Assembly: GCA_964035545.1 (NCBI GenBank)
Contig: OZ037767.1
Location: 28,598,628-28,662,627 of the forward strand
Length of the DNA: 64,000 nucleotides
Origin: Bugula neritina
Lineage: Eukaryota > Animalia > Bryozoa
Direction: 5' to 3'
The position numbers and the translations under genes were made by a program. The notes beneath the pieces were generated by a model. That model did no database searches, was not told the origin of the DNA, and saw nothing but the letters and a program-made list of their open reading frames with translations. This document shows positions 28,501 through 41,548 of the stretch, piece by piece. Each line of letters starts with the position of its first letter. Position 1 is the first letter of the stretch.

Positions 28501-29085
28501 AGTGAATGAGAGATAAATAATGGTAATACTAGTAATAATTTCAAGTTTTATTTTTATAATACTAATTCATTAATTGAACTTAGTAATACTAATAGTAATA
28601 GTGATAGTGATAGTCCTATGTTAATGATGAAATGGAAAATTTGTAAATATGGCAATGCTTATTTACTAGATAAAAATATTGATATACTTTTTGTTAATTT
28701 TAATTATTAAGTTTATTGTATCAAATCTTGTTGCTATTTTAATGTACATGAAGTGCTTTATTACATTTTTATTTATGTATTTTTTATGTATTCATATTGT
28801 CCTTGCTATTGCTATTTAACTATAGCTATCACTGTAAAGTATAATGCACTAAAATCTAGTCTAACTTTAAAGTTTGAGAATAAAAAAATAGTTGGTAAGT
28901 ATCATTAGTAATCATAAGTAATGAATTACACTCAGCATTTCAGTGTGAAGATTGGTTATATTATATTATTATATATCCTAATTGTTATAATTATTTATGT
29001 TATCAATATTATATTCAATATTTGTTTTGATGTTGCTTTAATAGTACTCATATTTGTACTTATAGCCAATTTTATTGTTACAATG

Positions 29086-29087
<2 letters not shown>

Positions 29088-29181
<94 letters not shown>

Positions 29182-29365
29182 TAAAATGAGTGTTTATAAA
29201 ACGTTACTAGAGTGCTCTATAGAAATAAATCTAGAGCATAAACATTAGAAGAAATAAAATGAGATTTGATGGCTAATTTATCTGACGAGTGCACATCGTT
29301 CTTGTGTACGAAACTACTAGTAATGAATGCCATTATATTAATCAAATCTCATTTTATTTCTTCTA

Positions 29366-29390
<25 letters not shown>
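29088..29390. repeat. (TA)n microsatellite interrupted by a ~190-bp insert carrying a 27-bp perfect inverted repeat
   Basis: TA runs at 29088-29178 and 29367-29390. Arms 29244-29270 and 29341-29367 are exact reverse complements. Confidence 0.75.
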
Positions 29391-29396
<6 letters not shown>

Positions 29397-32300
29397 ATTC
29401 TTTGCCATTATGGCTATAGTCATGATCAAGTGCTTAGAGTTATACTTAAAATCATGATGCGGTGTATAATATTAAGTCATATTGGGCTGTGATTGTTGCA
29501 ACTTGGAGGCTTGAGAATGTAGTATTAGTACTTTAATAATGTATATACTACTACACCTCTTAGATTTATGTAGTAGAGCTTAACTTGAAGTACGAGGGTT
29601 AATATGAGTGTAAATTCTAAATTAGATTGTTTTCTTGGGCATACATTAGTGCTGAGCCTGGGTAAAACTTAGTTTATCCTTCGTTGCTGTAATGTTGCTT
29701 ATATTTTCAAATACTAATAGCTAGAGTATTATGCTAATGCTTGTATAATAGTTTGAATTTTACAAACACATGATTGAGTACGACATGTACGAAATCTTAT
29801 TTCTTTAACTAAAGAAGCTCTATATAACCTGCTCAGTAGTGGTTTTGAACTAAATGGATTAACAAAATATTAAAAAATATATAAATAAGCCTGTCTAACA
29901 CACCTACAGATATTTCAATGTTTAATAGCTTGAGGAAGGAGTGGCAAACTAAGCAGATAAAAAATGCATGTTACTTTGGTCTAGTTGTAGCTTACATCCG
30001 TTTAATATTTAAATTCTTGGTTTACCAAGCAAGGGAAGTGTTGTCACTTTATTAAAAATTTAGTATCAAATAGTCTTTATCTTTCTGAGATCTTTTTCAT
30101 GCGGATTATTCTCTGAATAATTTTTGTTCAACAAAAAGTCTTGTTTTTTTTCTAAATGATCAAACAGCCCAAAATACTTTGATAATGCTAGGCTTTGACT
30201 TTTGATCATAAATAAAAATAAATATGTTACGGCTGATGTTATACGAGTTGGCTTCAACATGGACAACTTTTGTGATAATATCTACAAAGAAAGATCAACG
30301 AATTTGAAAAATTGCACTGGTGAGTGTTCTATTAAATGTCTCATATATTTAGATACAGATTTAAACAGTTTTATTGAAAAAAAATCAAAGATTTAAAGGA
30401 GTTTGTCATGGAGCTATTTTATTAAAGGTGTTAGGTCAATATTGCTTGTAATATTCTAACCATCTGTAAACTGTAAAAGTTTGTTTAGATGTGTAAGAGA
30501 ACAAACATGTGCAAAAGAGAAGTTAGTCAACTTTTTATAAAGTATTGGTAAACCACTTTGCTTTTCTTTATGTTAACGATAAATTGAGTAAATCGAAAGC
30601 TTTTTAATACGGTAAAGTGTAGGTTCAATATGGCTAAATAAAATTAGTACATTTGTAAATTTCAGATAAAATTTATGCCAGCATTCTGAGTTTTCTTCTC
30701 CCGTTAATAAACGCGTTATAATTCTAGGTGTTGACTGTAATATTATTTCAGGAATTCACTGTTCGCAAAGTAGCATTCAGGTGGCGCGGTACAAAATAAA
30801 ATCAATTAAATCGCAAAGCGTGGAAGACGGGCAAAACAAGCTCTGTGGACTTATAAACTCAGGTGAGTTTACTATATATTATGTTTTGTTGTTTGTAAAC
30901 GGTAGGTTAATATTACAGCCTCTTCTATAGACATTCAGCCTCATGTTTATATTTCATGTGACTAGGGCACTAGCTCTAGGCATACAATCACATTATTTTA
31001 GGTTGAGCCTGAGCAAGTGTCAGTGTGTTTTTATTTTATGAATTTAAAATAAAATCATGATGAATATAATGATAATCATAATGCTGATAGCCAATAGACC
31101 AGCATTGCGAAGAAACTGGAAAAATAATAGTTTACCTACTTCTACTGCCTATTACTATTACTATTAGAGCTAGTTTGGTACGTGTTGGATTTAGTTTTAC
31201 TGCTGTTGAGTTGCAATTTATTCACTGTGAATTGTAATAATAATACTTATACTAAGTCTAATATCTCATAACTTTATTGCTGACCATAATGATAATCATT
31301 AAATCGTCTTGGAATATATTTATATTCAATATTATATCACTATTTTAATTTTCTTGTGGTAGGTAGTTGGGTCATCTCAATGCATTACTATTACTGTATA
31401 GCATGTACTTGTAGTTGTGTCAAAATGACTGAAGTTTCATAGATTCGAAATTTGTTAATATGACTTTGTTTTAAATGGTTGTTTAAGTAACACTCTTCTC
31501 AAATATGTGACAATAATTAAATATTCACCGCGTTGATGTTATTTACTTCATCTCTACTCACCGAAATTGACAAAATTTGTAGCAGTTTTAGCTTTTGAAT
31601 ATTTATATTTTATATGTGCCTTGCATTCCACCTTTAGAAAGAGAACCAATTACGGTTGTTGGATTTTTTGTAATTATAGCTGAGTAACTTAAAGTAGCAC
31701 CTCCTCCCTTAGAGCTAAGGATATATCTCCCTAGGGCTCGTGTAGAACTTATATTGTAACAGTTATTATAAATATTATAAATGATAAAATATTGATATTT
31801 ATTCCAAAATCCTAACAGTCTGGGGTAATTATAATTATGTAGGATTTGGTTTGCGAGTATAGTGTATAGAATATTATATACTGTATAGTATATTATATGC
31901 TGCCAACAGTTGTCAAGGTTACCAGGTTTTGGTGGTGCTGCTGCATACTAGGTATGGCATATATCTAAAGTTTATTCAGGCTGTCCCCAGTTGTACTCAC
32001 TGTGAGTATTGATCCAGACCAGACTGGTTTCACTCTAGTAAATATCATCCTTAAGTGGTTTCGGTTGATGTTAATCTATTCATTCTATAATGCATACATT
32101 ACGCTAAATCTGATTTATTGATAAGAGAATTGCTTGCGTCACGTGACCCAGCCACCTTATTTACTACCCGCTCCATAGCACATGACTCATAGCTTCTGTT
32201 GCAATGGTCTGAGTCATAATATTATTATATCATGTGGTAAACACGTTTGGCTACCTGAAGTAGAGTGACAAATACTTATGGAGATGGTAGCAGTAGTTGC

Positions 32301-33073
32301 TCAATCGTGTGGTTTATTGCATCACTCATCTAGAATAATCTATTGTATAATGTATTCATTGATTTAGTCATTCTGTGTTGTGATAGCCAACATTGGCATT
32401 GTTGAGGTACTTCACTAAAAACAGCCAGTCTGCCTACTTGTCTGACAATCACGTGAACCCAATACTGGATATTATTATATAAACTACTTGCCTACTACTA
32501 CTAATGATCAACTGTGTGTAATGAACTAAGCAAATTACCCATTGTGCTACTAGGTGCATGGGAGTAGGGTTCGGCTAAGATGAATAATCAACTTGGATTT
32601 GGCATATCTTAGTGTTAGTTTACTGATAATTCTCTATTTTCTATATTCCTATAAGAACTGAAACATGGAAGTTTATACCAACTTCTTATTCTAACTCCTG
32701 AATGCCTACTTGCTTTAAATTCCCAGAGTATATTATGACAGAAATCTTTAGTATTTATACAAACCTCATGAGTATTATAGTCCTGAAATTCTACCCTATT
32801 TGTGGGGATAACTAAGGTTATAAAGCAAAAGGTCTGCCATTCTGTTAAAGGTTAAAGAAATATTAACTCTGTTTACAGACCAAAGTCATAGTATGATTAC
32901 ATCAATACATTGTACTATTATTTCTATGTGCATTTCATCATTTATATAGACTGTAGAAATGAGTAATAATGGTAGTGATGCACTCAAATATTCGTTAGCT
33001 GTCCATAGTGCAGTTGATCTTTCTCAGACTATCATTTTGTTACAGGATATTTTAGTGACTCAACATCGCCATC

Positions 33074-35818
33074 ATGACCAACGTTTGGGCAATTCCCGGA
33101 AGCATGACTTCTGACTACATCAGTAACACCACACAGTCGGCCACCAGCGACACCACCGTCATGCTCTACATCAAATCTGGTCCCGATGGAAAGAGCTTTG
33201 GGGGCTGTCCTTTCTGCCAGAGCGCTGTCATGATGCTGCTGGCTAAGGTAGGTCTCTCTTCATTGGCTGCTGCTCTGTTCTCTTCCTTCTCATTGGCCGA
33301 CTTATAGTTCCTAACGTCCTCTAACTGTCAAGGCCACATGTGGCTACCAGATATGTTCCTGTAGTTGATGTACTAACAACTTCTTGGGTCGTAGGAATTT
33401 TGTTGTTGCAAAACTTTAACTGAAGGTGAATGAAAGCTGAGCGGTGGAACAAAAGGTGTTCTTTGTTTTGTGTGCATTGTGTTTGCCTGAATGCTAATAC
33501 ACTGGCCATTCATTTGAGGTATGAAATACTTTAAACAATGACCAAAATCAATAGTTATCTGGTGTCTCTACTCTGTTCTTCTACCCTCTCTCTCTCTCTC
33601 TCTCTACTCTCTACCTCTACTCTTTCTACCTGTGGTTCAGTTTTGTTATTCTCCTTGGTATAGCCTATTACCAAGTCCATTGCCCCTGCTGGTCTCTCCA
33701 CATGACACTACAACCATACTCCTTTATCTAAATAAAATGACCAGGTTACTGTGATCTCACTAGTAATTTGTTGTGATTAAATAACTGGGTGTTTACATTT
33801 CCATGTGACAGCTGTAGATTGGGTGTTGTGAAATGTGCAGTCAGGTGTCGGTTGGATACTTGTGCTTTCTCATTTCCACTCTGTTGAATATAACTTACAT
33901 CTATTCTGATTTGTTGAATACAGCTTACATCCATTCTGATTTGTTGAATACAACTTACATCCATTCTGATTTGTTGAATACAACTTACATCCATTCTGAT
34001 TTGTTGAATACAACTTACATCCATTCTGATTTGTTGAATACAACTTACATCCATTCTGATTTGTTGTCTAACCTTTCATCTCACTCTCAATAGTCTTTCA
34101 TGGAAATCTCTTCAATAATAATCAATAACTATCTTGAAAGCAGGACAAAAGAGTTTGAAGTTTTGAGTGGAAACTAATAATTTCTGTGAAAATTAAGGAC
34201 AATGTTGTGTTTTACAATCTCCTCAGTAGAATTTGCCTCCATTGCACAAACAGGTTTCCATTTGTAGACTGAGCTCACTCCTATTGACTATATGATCAAG
34301 ATTGTTGATTTGAGGAATCCGCCCCAAGAATTCAAACATCTGTCCAACAAGGTTCCTCTGCTAAAGTATGGTCAAAGCATCTCCATCACTGACATGGATG
34401 AGTTTGTGAATTTCTTTGACTCCCTTTGGTCTGAGCACCCCATAGAGTAAGTAAGCTTTATCAACCAGACGCTGTGTTGAGACTTGCTTTGATTTTCTAT
34501 AAATGCCTAATTCCATGTACTTTTGGTTCCACAGTGAGTGGACAACAGAGATATCTATCTTGTCTTCTAGTAGCAGCTGTTTATCGTTGTTGTCATTTTT
34601 TGTTTTTAGGACAAAGGCGGAAAAAGCTACGGCAGTCATCCGAAACCTTTTCTCCAAATTTTGTTTTTACGTCAAGGGTGTCTCAAATACGTCCTCCGCA
34701 CTCGTGCGAGAGTTGGCTAAGATCAATGACTATCTGGGCGCAACTCAAACTACTTTTCTCGCTGGCGACTCACTTAGTCACGCTGACTGCTTAGTTCTGC
34801 CTCGACTGCAGCATGTCCGGGTGGCTGCCAAGGTATTCAGAGGTACGTGTCCAAAGTAAACATTAGCCGAGCATCAATTGCATTTGTATCAACTATTTTC
34901 ACTCCATAACTCCTGAATTTCTTGTTGGGAAAGCTGTACATTCTTAGTGGTGTTGGCAAAGTTTTGTATGAAGTAGAAGAATTAAATGTAGCTTAACTCT
35001 CTTGGGAATTTAAGTGTATCTTCTGTTATAGGAATCAATAATAGCACTAGTGCAAGCACTGCTGGAATAAGCTGTAACGTATTCTATACTTTGCAGATTT
35101 TGATATCCCAGCAGAATTTAAACACCTGTGGAGGTATCTGGAGGCTGCATACAAGTGCAAAGTCTTTAGAAATGCTTGCCCGAGGGATCAAGAAATCGTA
35201 CAGTTCTGGACTGAGTACCCTAATGTACCCAAACTTTCACCCGCAAACAGGAAACTATATTCTACTAAATCTGAGGCTATATACACACTGGAAGTGCCAG
35301 AGGAGCTGAGAACTCCTGAAATCAAAGCAGAAGACTCCAACACTGCTACAGAAGAGCCAGCACCTTCTGCAGAAGAGCCAATCACAGCGGCAGAAGAGCC
35401 AATCACAGCCACAGAAGAGCCAATCACAGCTGCAGAAGAGCCAATCACAGCCGCAGAAGAGCCAGCGCCTTCTGCAGAAGAGCCAATCACAGCTGCAGAA
35501 GAGCCAGCGCCTTCTCCAGAAGTAGAAGTTGCATCAGCTGCTACTGAAGTTAACAACCTGTCAGTAGGCGATGTGCCTGTCTCTGGAGAAGATGCGGACC
35601 AACTGCCTCCTCCACCGGAGGACACCGCGTCTGGTGGCTCCTCTGAGAACGAACCAGCACCAACTTCTGAGGAAATTCTGCCACCACCTCCTGAGGACAT
35701 GATAGCAGCGACTGAAGACGCTGAAACTCATCAGAAAATGTCTGAACTTTCTGTTAAAGAGGAGGATAGAGACTCCGGCACCGAAGAGCAAACAAAGGAG
35801 GAAGCCATCGGCTCATAA
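33074..35818 (+). CDS. Chloride intracellular channel (CLIC, GST-fold) with an acidic repetitive C-terminal extension, ~435 aa
   Basis: Exons 33074-33247, 34268-34446, 34610-34842 and 35097-35818 (1308 nt, in frame). Motifs [42 protein letters not shown] and LWRYLEAAY...CPRDQEI. A likely non-coding first exon ends at 30862 (CAG|GTGAGT), with an acceptor just upstream of the ATG. Confidence 0.9.
33884..34066. repeat. Minisatellite, 30-bp unit (TTGTTGAATACAACTTACATCCATTCTGAT), ~6 copies, CLIC intron
   Basis: Visible tandem copies. Confidence 0.9.
35345..35515 (+). repeat. Coding 21-bp repeat (AEEPITA / AEEPAPS heptads) in the CLIC tail
   Basis: About 8 in-frame units within ORF 35294-35818. 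Confidence 0.85.
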
Positions 35819-37241
35819 ACTGTTACATTCAATCACTGGTTTATTTTTCCAACTATTTTTTAATAAACATTTTGCTTTGAAATTTTACAACAGTCAACTT
35901 TCTAAGAACCCACAATGAAAGAGACTTGTTTTTATCAATCGTTATATTTTTACTGGTTTTTAAGATTCTTCAGTTATCTGTTTGTTTATTCATCTTTATC
36001 TACAAGAGAAATCTTGATTGAACTTTGAAGTCACTTGAACGTCTCAGTTTATCATTCTGTGATAGCAGTACCAGCAGTTCAGATAATTTGCTTATTTGGT
36101 GAAATTATTAACTATCTTTCTCCTTGAGTGGAAGTAACTTAAAATATTAATATAACTAATCATAATAAATATAGGATGAGGAACGAAGGTTCATATCTTT
36201 TGTTATCTATTCTTATTAGCAATATAAAGTTTAACTGTAAACTTTATCTTGCTATAGTAGTCAACTGGATATATTAGTAATTAGATGGCCGTTTATTTCT
36301 GTCATCAATTTTGAACCTCAAAATGCCCAAAGCAGTTATATGTTGCAAATTTTAGTACAAGTCAATTTAAATTACTTTCAGGAGTTGAATTCTACATATT
36401 GCTGCTTTTAATTAATTTTTAGCTGACTAAATGTAAAACATATATTCAAGAGTTTGCTAGAAATGGGAATTTTGCTAGCATTCCCTCTGCCCTTGATTAG
36501 TGCTAGAGTTGCCATTGAAAAACTATTTTAAATTAGAAACTTTACCAGTGCTCGCTCTATATGGAGTACTTTGAACTCTTCAGAACGCTGCAGGCAGCTA
36601 AAGGCCAGTATTATGTGTAAGCCATTCATTAGGTTTCAAATGCTGGTACATTACACAGCTTGGTTGCAGATGCTACTGAGCTTGTAATTACAGTTGAGAG
36701 CTCATTTAAATATTTGTCATAGTTTTTGCACATGTATGGGGGAATTATTTGGCTTTTATTTCCATCTGTAATATGCTCTTGGTGTTAAAAACACATATTA
36801 AGGAGAAAAGCTGCAGTATTATGTTGAATATACAGAGTATTTCTCCCAGGTGTGTAGGGGAGGAGAAATAATTCCATGGGTTTTCAAAAGAAGTTGGATA
36901 GAGGAAGTAATGGCGAATTGTTGTAGAATGCTGTTCATTTCTTTTCTTCTCTTTGTTTGCCTAATCTTATCAAAATGTGATAATATTAAGCCTCTCTAGG
37001 TGTGATATGTACTAGTAGAGTAAAACACAGCTAGCTAGTTTGAGGTTTGCAATGTTTGCTGTGAACTGCACACTTTAGCATCTATACTTACGGCTATCTA
37101 GCATTAATGCTAATAGCTGTATTGCTAATTTTTCTGATGTAAAGCCACTTGTTTACATAGGACAAAAGGCTCCCTGTTAACAGCATGTTACTAATATTTG
37201 GTGAATCTGTTTTTCATGATTATTATGCATTTGCTTCAGTT

Positions 37242-38605
37242 ATGAGTGATCAAGATCGGAAACCTAAGCTATTTGGCGAGCAGAATGTTGGTAGTAATGT
37301 TAGCATGAGTCACCTCATATCAACGCTATCAGAGTATGAGCCAGTGGTAAGTTGAGATTCTGATGCTATTTATTCCCATTATTCATTGTTTTCTATCCGA
37401 GATAATATAGTGGCATAGTGAACATTGTTGTTATCTGTATCAGTTAATATATATATTTTAATCAGTACACTGACTACCATTTCACCACCCAGCAACCGTG
37501 CTTCAATAACAGCCAGGCACTTGCTCTAGAGCTCCCTGTGTTTGCTCCAGAGTTCATTCCAATAGTACGAGAATTTTTTAACCAACAGGAAGCTGACATT
37601 TTACAATTTCCTCAACTAATATATCATTGGCCACTATTATTCATGACTAGCTCACCAAGTTCAACTGCCCTAATGACCTTTTCACACATGCTGAAGAATC
37701 TTGCTAAATATTTAGTGTGTCTTTAACAGAGCCATTACATGTTAAATTACACTTTTTAAAGCAATATAATTATCCTAATAGCATTTTTTCTGGCTTCAAC
37801 ACTTTTATCAGTATTTAGACTCTAATAAAATTAGCATTTATATATCAATATTATTCTACTATTCATCTTACTCAACTATATTGCATTAAATATATTTCAG
37901 ATACCAGATGTGGTTACAGCACACTATCTCAATGAAGCTGGGTTCGAAGCAATAGACCCCAGGCTGTAAGTATGCTACTAGTTTCTATATTCATTTAAAT
38001 CGAGGCTCAAAGCCTTGAGGATTTCCACTCTATTGTGTACTGTCTAATAATTCACTGCTCACCAGGCAGCTGTTTTTCAAGCCAACTTTTCATAACCTAG
38101 TGCAGATGTTTGCAAATGATACAAAAAAAGGTCTAAAATAAAATGGCCTTTTTGTCATAATTATTTTATTTTGCAGAACTTTATTATCACTTCCTTAAAG
38201 TAGAAAATATTTGAACTGATGAGACATCAGATATTTAGTATACAAGTTATAATTATGAACATGTCCATCTGAGCTAGCATAACCTGTTATCTAAGAGTAG
38301 CCTGTGGTCTATTTGTTAGTGTGCGGATGGTATCTCTATCCACCCAAAAGTTTATATCTGACTTGGTCAATGACTCCCTTCAACAGTTCAAGATGAGACA
38401 GTCAGCTGTTAGCAAGAAGCAGAGACAGGTAAAATATTTACTAATCTGCATGCCGGATATTATCATTCCTTTGACTTGGTAATTTTCTATAAATCAATAT
38501 TGTGTTCTCACTCAGGATAAGAAGACAACTCTAACACAGGAAGATTTGACAGCAGCTCTCACTGAATATGGAATCTCATTGCGAAAGCCACCATATTTCA
38601 CATAA
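37242..38605 (+). CDS. TAF10: TFIID/SAGA subunit TAF10, ~122 aa
   Basis: Exons 37242-37346, 37901-37965, 38320-38428 and 38516-38605 (369 nt). Translation EYEPV-IPDVVTAHYLNEAGFEAIDPRL-VRMVSLSTQKFISDLVNDSLQ...TLTQEDLTAALTEYGISLRKPPYFT matches the TAF10 histone fold. Not in the ORF track because the exons are short. Confidence 0.93.
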
Positions 38606-38917
38606 TAGTTGAGACTGTTGGATGACAGCTATAGTGTTGAAGTCATTATTTTTATTACTTTATAAAAAAATATGGATTTGTATAGTTTAGCATTATTAAA
38701 AATAAAATTTCATAAAACAAGTAGGTGTGGGAAATGTTTAGGCACTCTTGTTTCAGCGAAGCATTAAGCTTGTAAGAACTTAAGCTAAAGATTGGGTTAA
38801 AGCATTTAGATTGTAAGAGTAGGTTTAAAAAGTCTTGACAATCAAAACAATCACCAGGAAGGAAAACGATTACATCTCTAGAGTTTTCTTGACTCAACAA
38901 TTAATATTCATCACTGT

Positions 38918-41548
38918 TCATAGCTTATTGGGCATAGACATGGTCCACAAGCTTTCCCTGTTAGCTGTGTCACCTCTGCATTTGACTCGCCTTTCACCCT
39001 GCAACTTCTGTAAGTGTAAAAGTACAACTTCTGCCGCCTCCCCATGCACCTCCAGTGGGTAATTCTTGTACAACACCTGAACACAATCATTACTATGTGA
39101 TGCCGTACTGCATGCTAGACTGATATATTGGCACCAATTATTATATCTTTTCTTGCATCAAAATATCAAATTTATAGCAACCATTTGAAAAACTGTTTGT
39201 GTCTTTTAACACAATTTATGCAGCTTTGATTTGAATGATCAAACATTGCATTCTTGTTGACCTCGAAGGTTTTTGTTATATATTTTTATTTTGGTCTGAC
39301 ATCATTTTGTACCTGAACAATGGTGAGAGCTGATTGGTCACTTTGCTGCAGAAGGCTGACTATTTGCTCCTCCCTTTGTTGCCTGTGGCTGATGTAATAG
39401 TCAATATGTGGAATTGGTTCGGTCACCACAGGCCCTAGGGTGAATATCCATACACACTTGAATGTTGGCATTGCTTAGTATAATAAACTATACAAGTAAA
39501 AGCTAAAGGTGAAAAATAAGTATAACCTCTTCATATCTATCATGTTGTGCCAATGCATGCAGTTTATTCAAATATAGAACTGATAAAATACCATGTCCTG
39601 GGTAAATAATGGTGGGTTCCATTTCTTTTATATCTTTCAATGATTGCATATAGTCGGCAAAGTTTGTAAACTTTGTGGTACCTTCACCTATGAAAACATA
39701 AAAATCATCAGTGATTTATAGTAATAAAAGTTATTGAAAGCAAGATCTGGCTATTTAAAATCATTATGTTAGTAATTTTCAAATCAATTGAATTCACACA
39801 CCAGCTCACAGAAAATAAAAGAAAATAATAGTAATTAGTAAGCCTGTAAAAAAAGATGACAACTCCATAAAACATGGCAGTGTGACTGATGAAATATTCT
39901 ATGGAAAAGAGTAAATTATACATTTTGAAATTATTTTTTTCATACTATTTCCACTAAGTTTATTCAAACACAAAGCAGTAAGTACACAATAGTAGGTACA
40001 CAGTGGCAAGTAAGTACTTAGATATAGTTACAGTGGTAAGCACACAGTATTAGTAAGTAGTAAATATATGGTATTAACTATCAACCTACCTAGAATAGTA
40101 TCACCTGAAAATATGGCCCTTTCTTCTTCTAGCCACAGTATCATATGATCATCTGTGTGTCCCGGGTTGTATTTGGCTGTGAGAGTAGCTCCCTCAACCT
40201 AAGGAACTAACAGAATTTGAGGCTAAAGAATCTTAAGGCATAGTAACTGTGAGTAAATTTTTCAAACAAGCTAGATAAAGAAAGACGTTGGCATGCTTTG
40301 GAATGAAGCAATTTTTTGTAGGATTATAGCAGTTGAGTAAATAAATCAAGATGCAGAGAGCAGGAAAGAACAAATTTCCAGAGCGCAAAATAGCAATAAG
40401 CGTAACAATAATATACTAACAGAAAAAACATGATTATCTTGAATATAGTTGATAGGACCATCTTCGTATTTGTGGACAGATTTGAGTTGAGGAGACTTGA
40501 AGTCAAACTTGAAGGCTGGGATATCCTGACCACACAACTTCCGAGTGTCTGATAGACCCCCTGTATGACATCACAAACTGTGTGTAGTATGACATCACAA
40601 ACTGAGTGTAGTATGACATCACAAACTGTGTGTAGTATGACATCAGAGACTGTGCGTAGTATGACATCACAAACTGTGTGTAGTATGACATCAGAGACTG
40701 TGTGTAGTATGACATCACAAACTGCGTATAGTATAGCACGCAACCAACTTAAAAACTTCTCATGTTTATAAAATTATGATGGAATTTTCAACTAAAACAT
40801 TAAATAAATATAAGTATGATAAATTAAGGAAAAAGCTTTTCCAGCAGTTTAGACTACAGCATGAGCTTTACCTTTATTTATTTATTGCACCATCAGATCA
40901 ATTATAGAGAATGAAGACTACAAATGCTACGGCTGAACTATCTGCCTTGCAGGTGCATTTAGCGGAGATGTAAAACACAAATAAGATGCAAAACATTAGA
41001 GAAACTTGTAGCTGTATTGGCTAGGTTTGAATTCTTATGAAAAGCTTACTGGGGACAAAAACAGTTTTCAATGTTTATATAATTACTAACACATCTTCAA
41101 AAATAAGCAGTTTTTTGTCTTGAAATATGCACAAGAAAATCCAACAAACATATACTGTTACAGAAATGGTAAATAAAGGCAAAACACACTTATTATTTCA
41201 TTTATACTTACCAATATGATCTAAATGATAGTGTGTGATAATAATTTGTGATATTACAGACTGGGTATCCGTGAGCACCTTTTTCAATAAGCTTTGATAT
41301 TCTGATACACTACAAAACAAAGCTGCAGGTAAATGATGATCATAGGCATCATGATGGTGAAAGAAATGTATTCTTATTAAAACTCACTTGGGATTTCCAG
41401 TGTCTATTAGAATTCTATGTGTTCCAGTACCAACAAGATAAGTGTTGGTTCCTAGCAAAGTCATAGGAGAAGGGTTGCAGCCCAATATACTTATTACTCT
41501 GTTGGACAGGTACTGTATTTTAGTTAAGGGTGTGAGGCTATGCGCCAT
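38918..41548 (-). CDS. LACTB2: Metallo-beta-lactamase-fold endoribonuclease LACTB2, ~294 aa
   Basis: Exons 41388-41548, 41212-41309, 40421-40560, 40090-40198, 39592-39687, 39313-39434 and 38918-39076 (885 nt). Motifs [28 protein letters not shown] (HxHxDH), [24 protein letters not shown] and YISHRQQRE. Confidence 0.93.
40563..40735. repeat. Minisatellite, 24-bp unit (TATGACATCACAAACTGTGTGTAG), ~7 copies, LACTB2 intron
   Basis: Visible tandem copies abutting the acceptor of exon 40421-40560. Confidence 0.9.

Noticed and set aside
35188-35700. 170-aa minus-strand ORF
   Set aside because: Antisense shadow of the repetitive CLIC tail.
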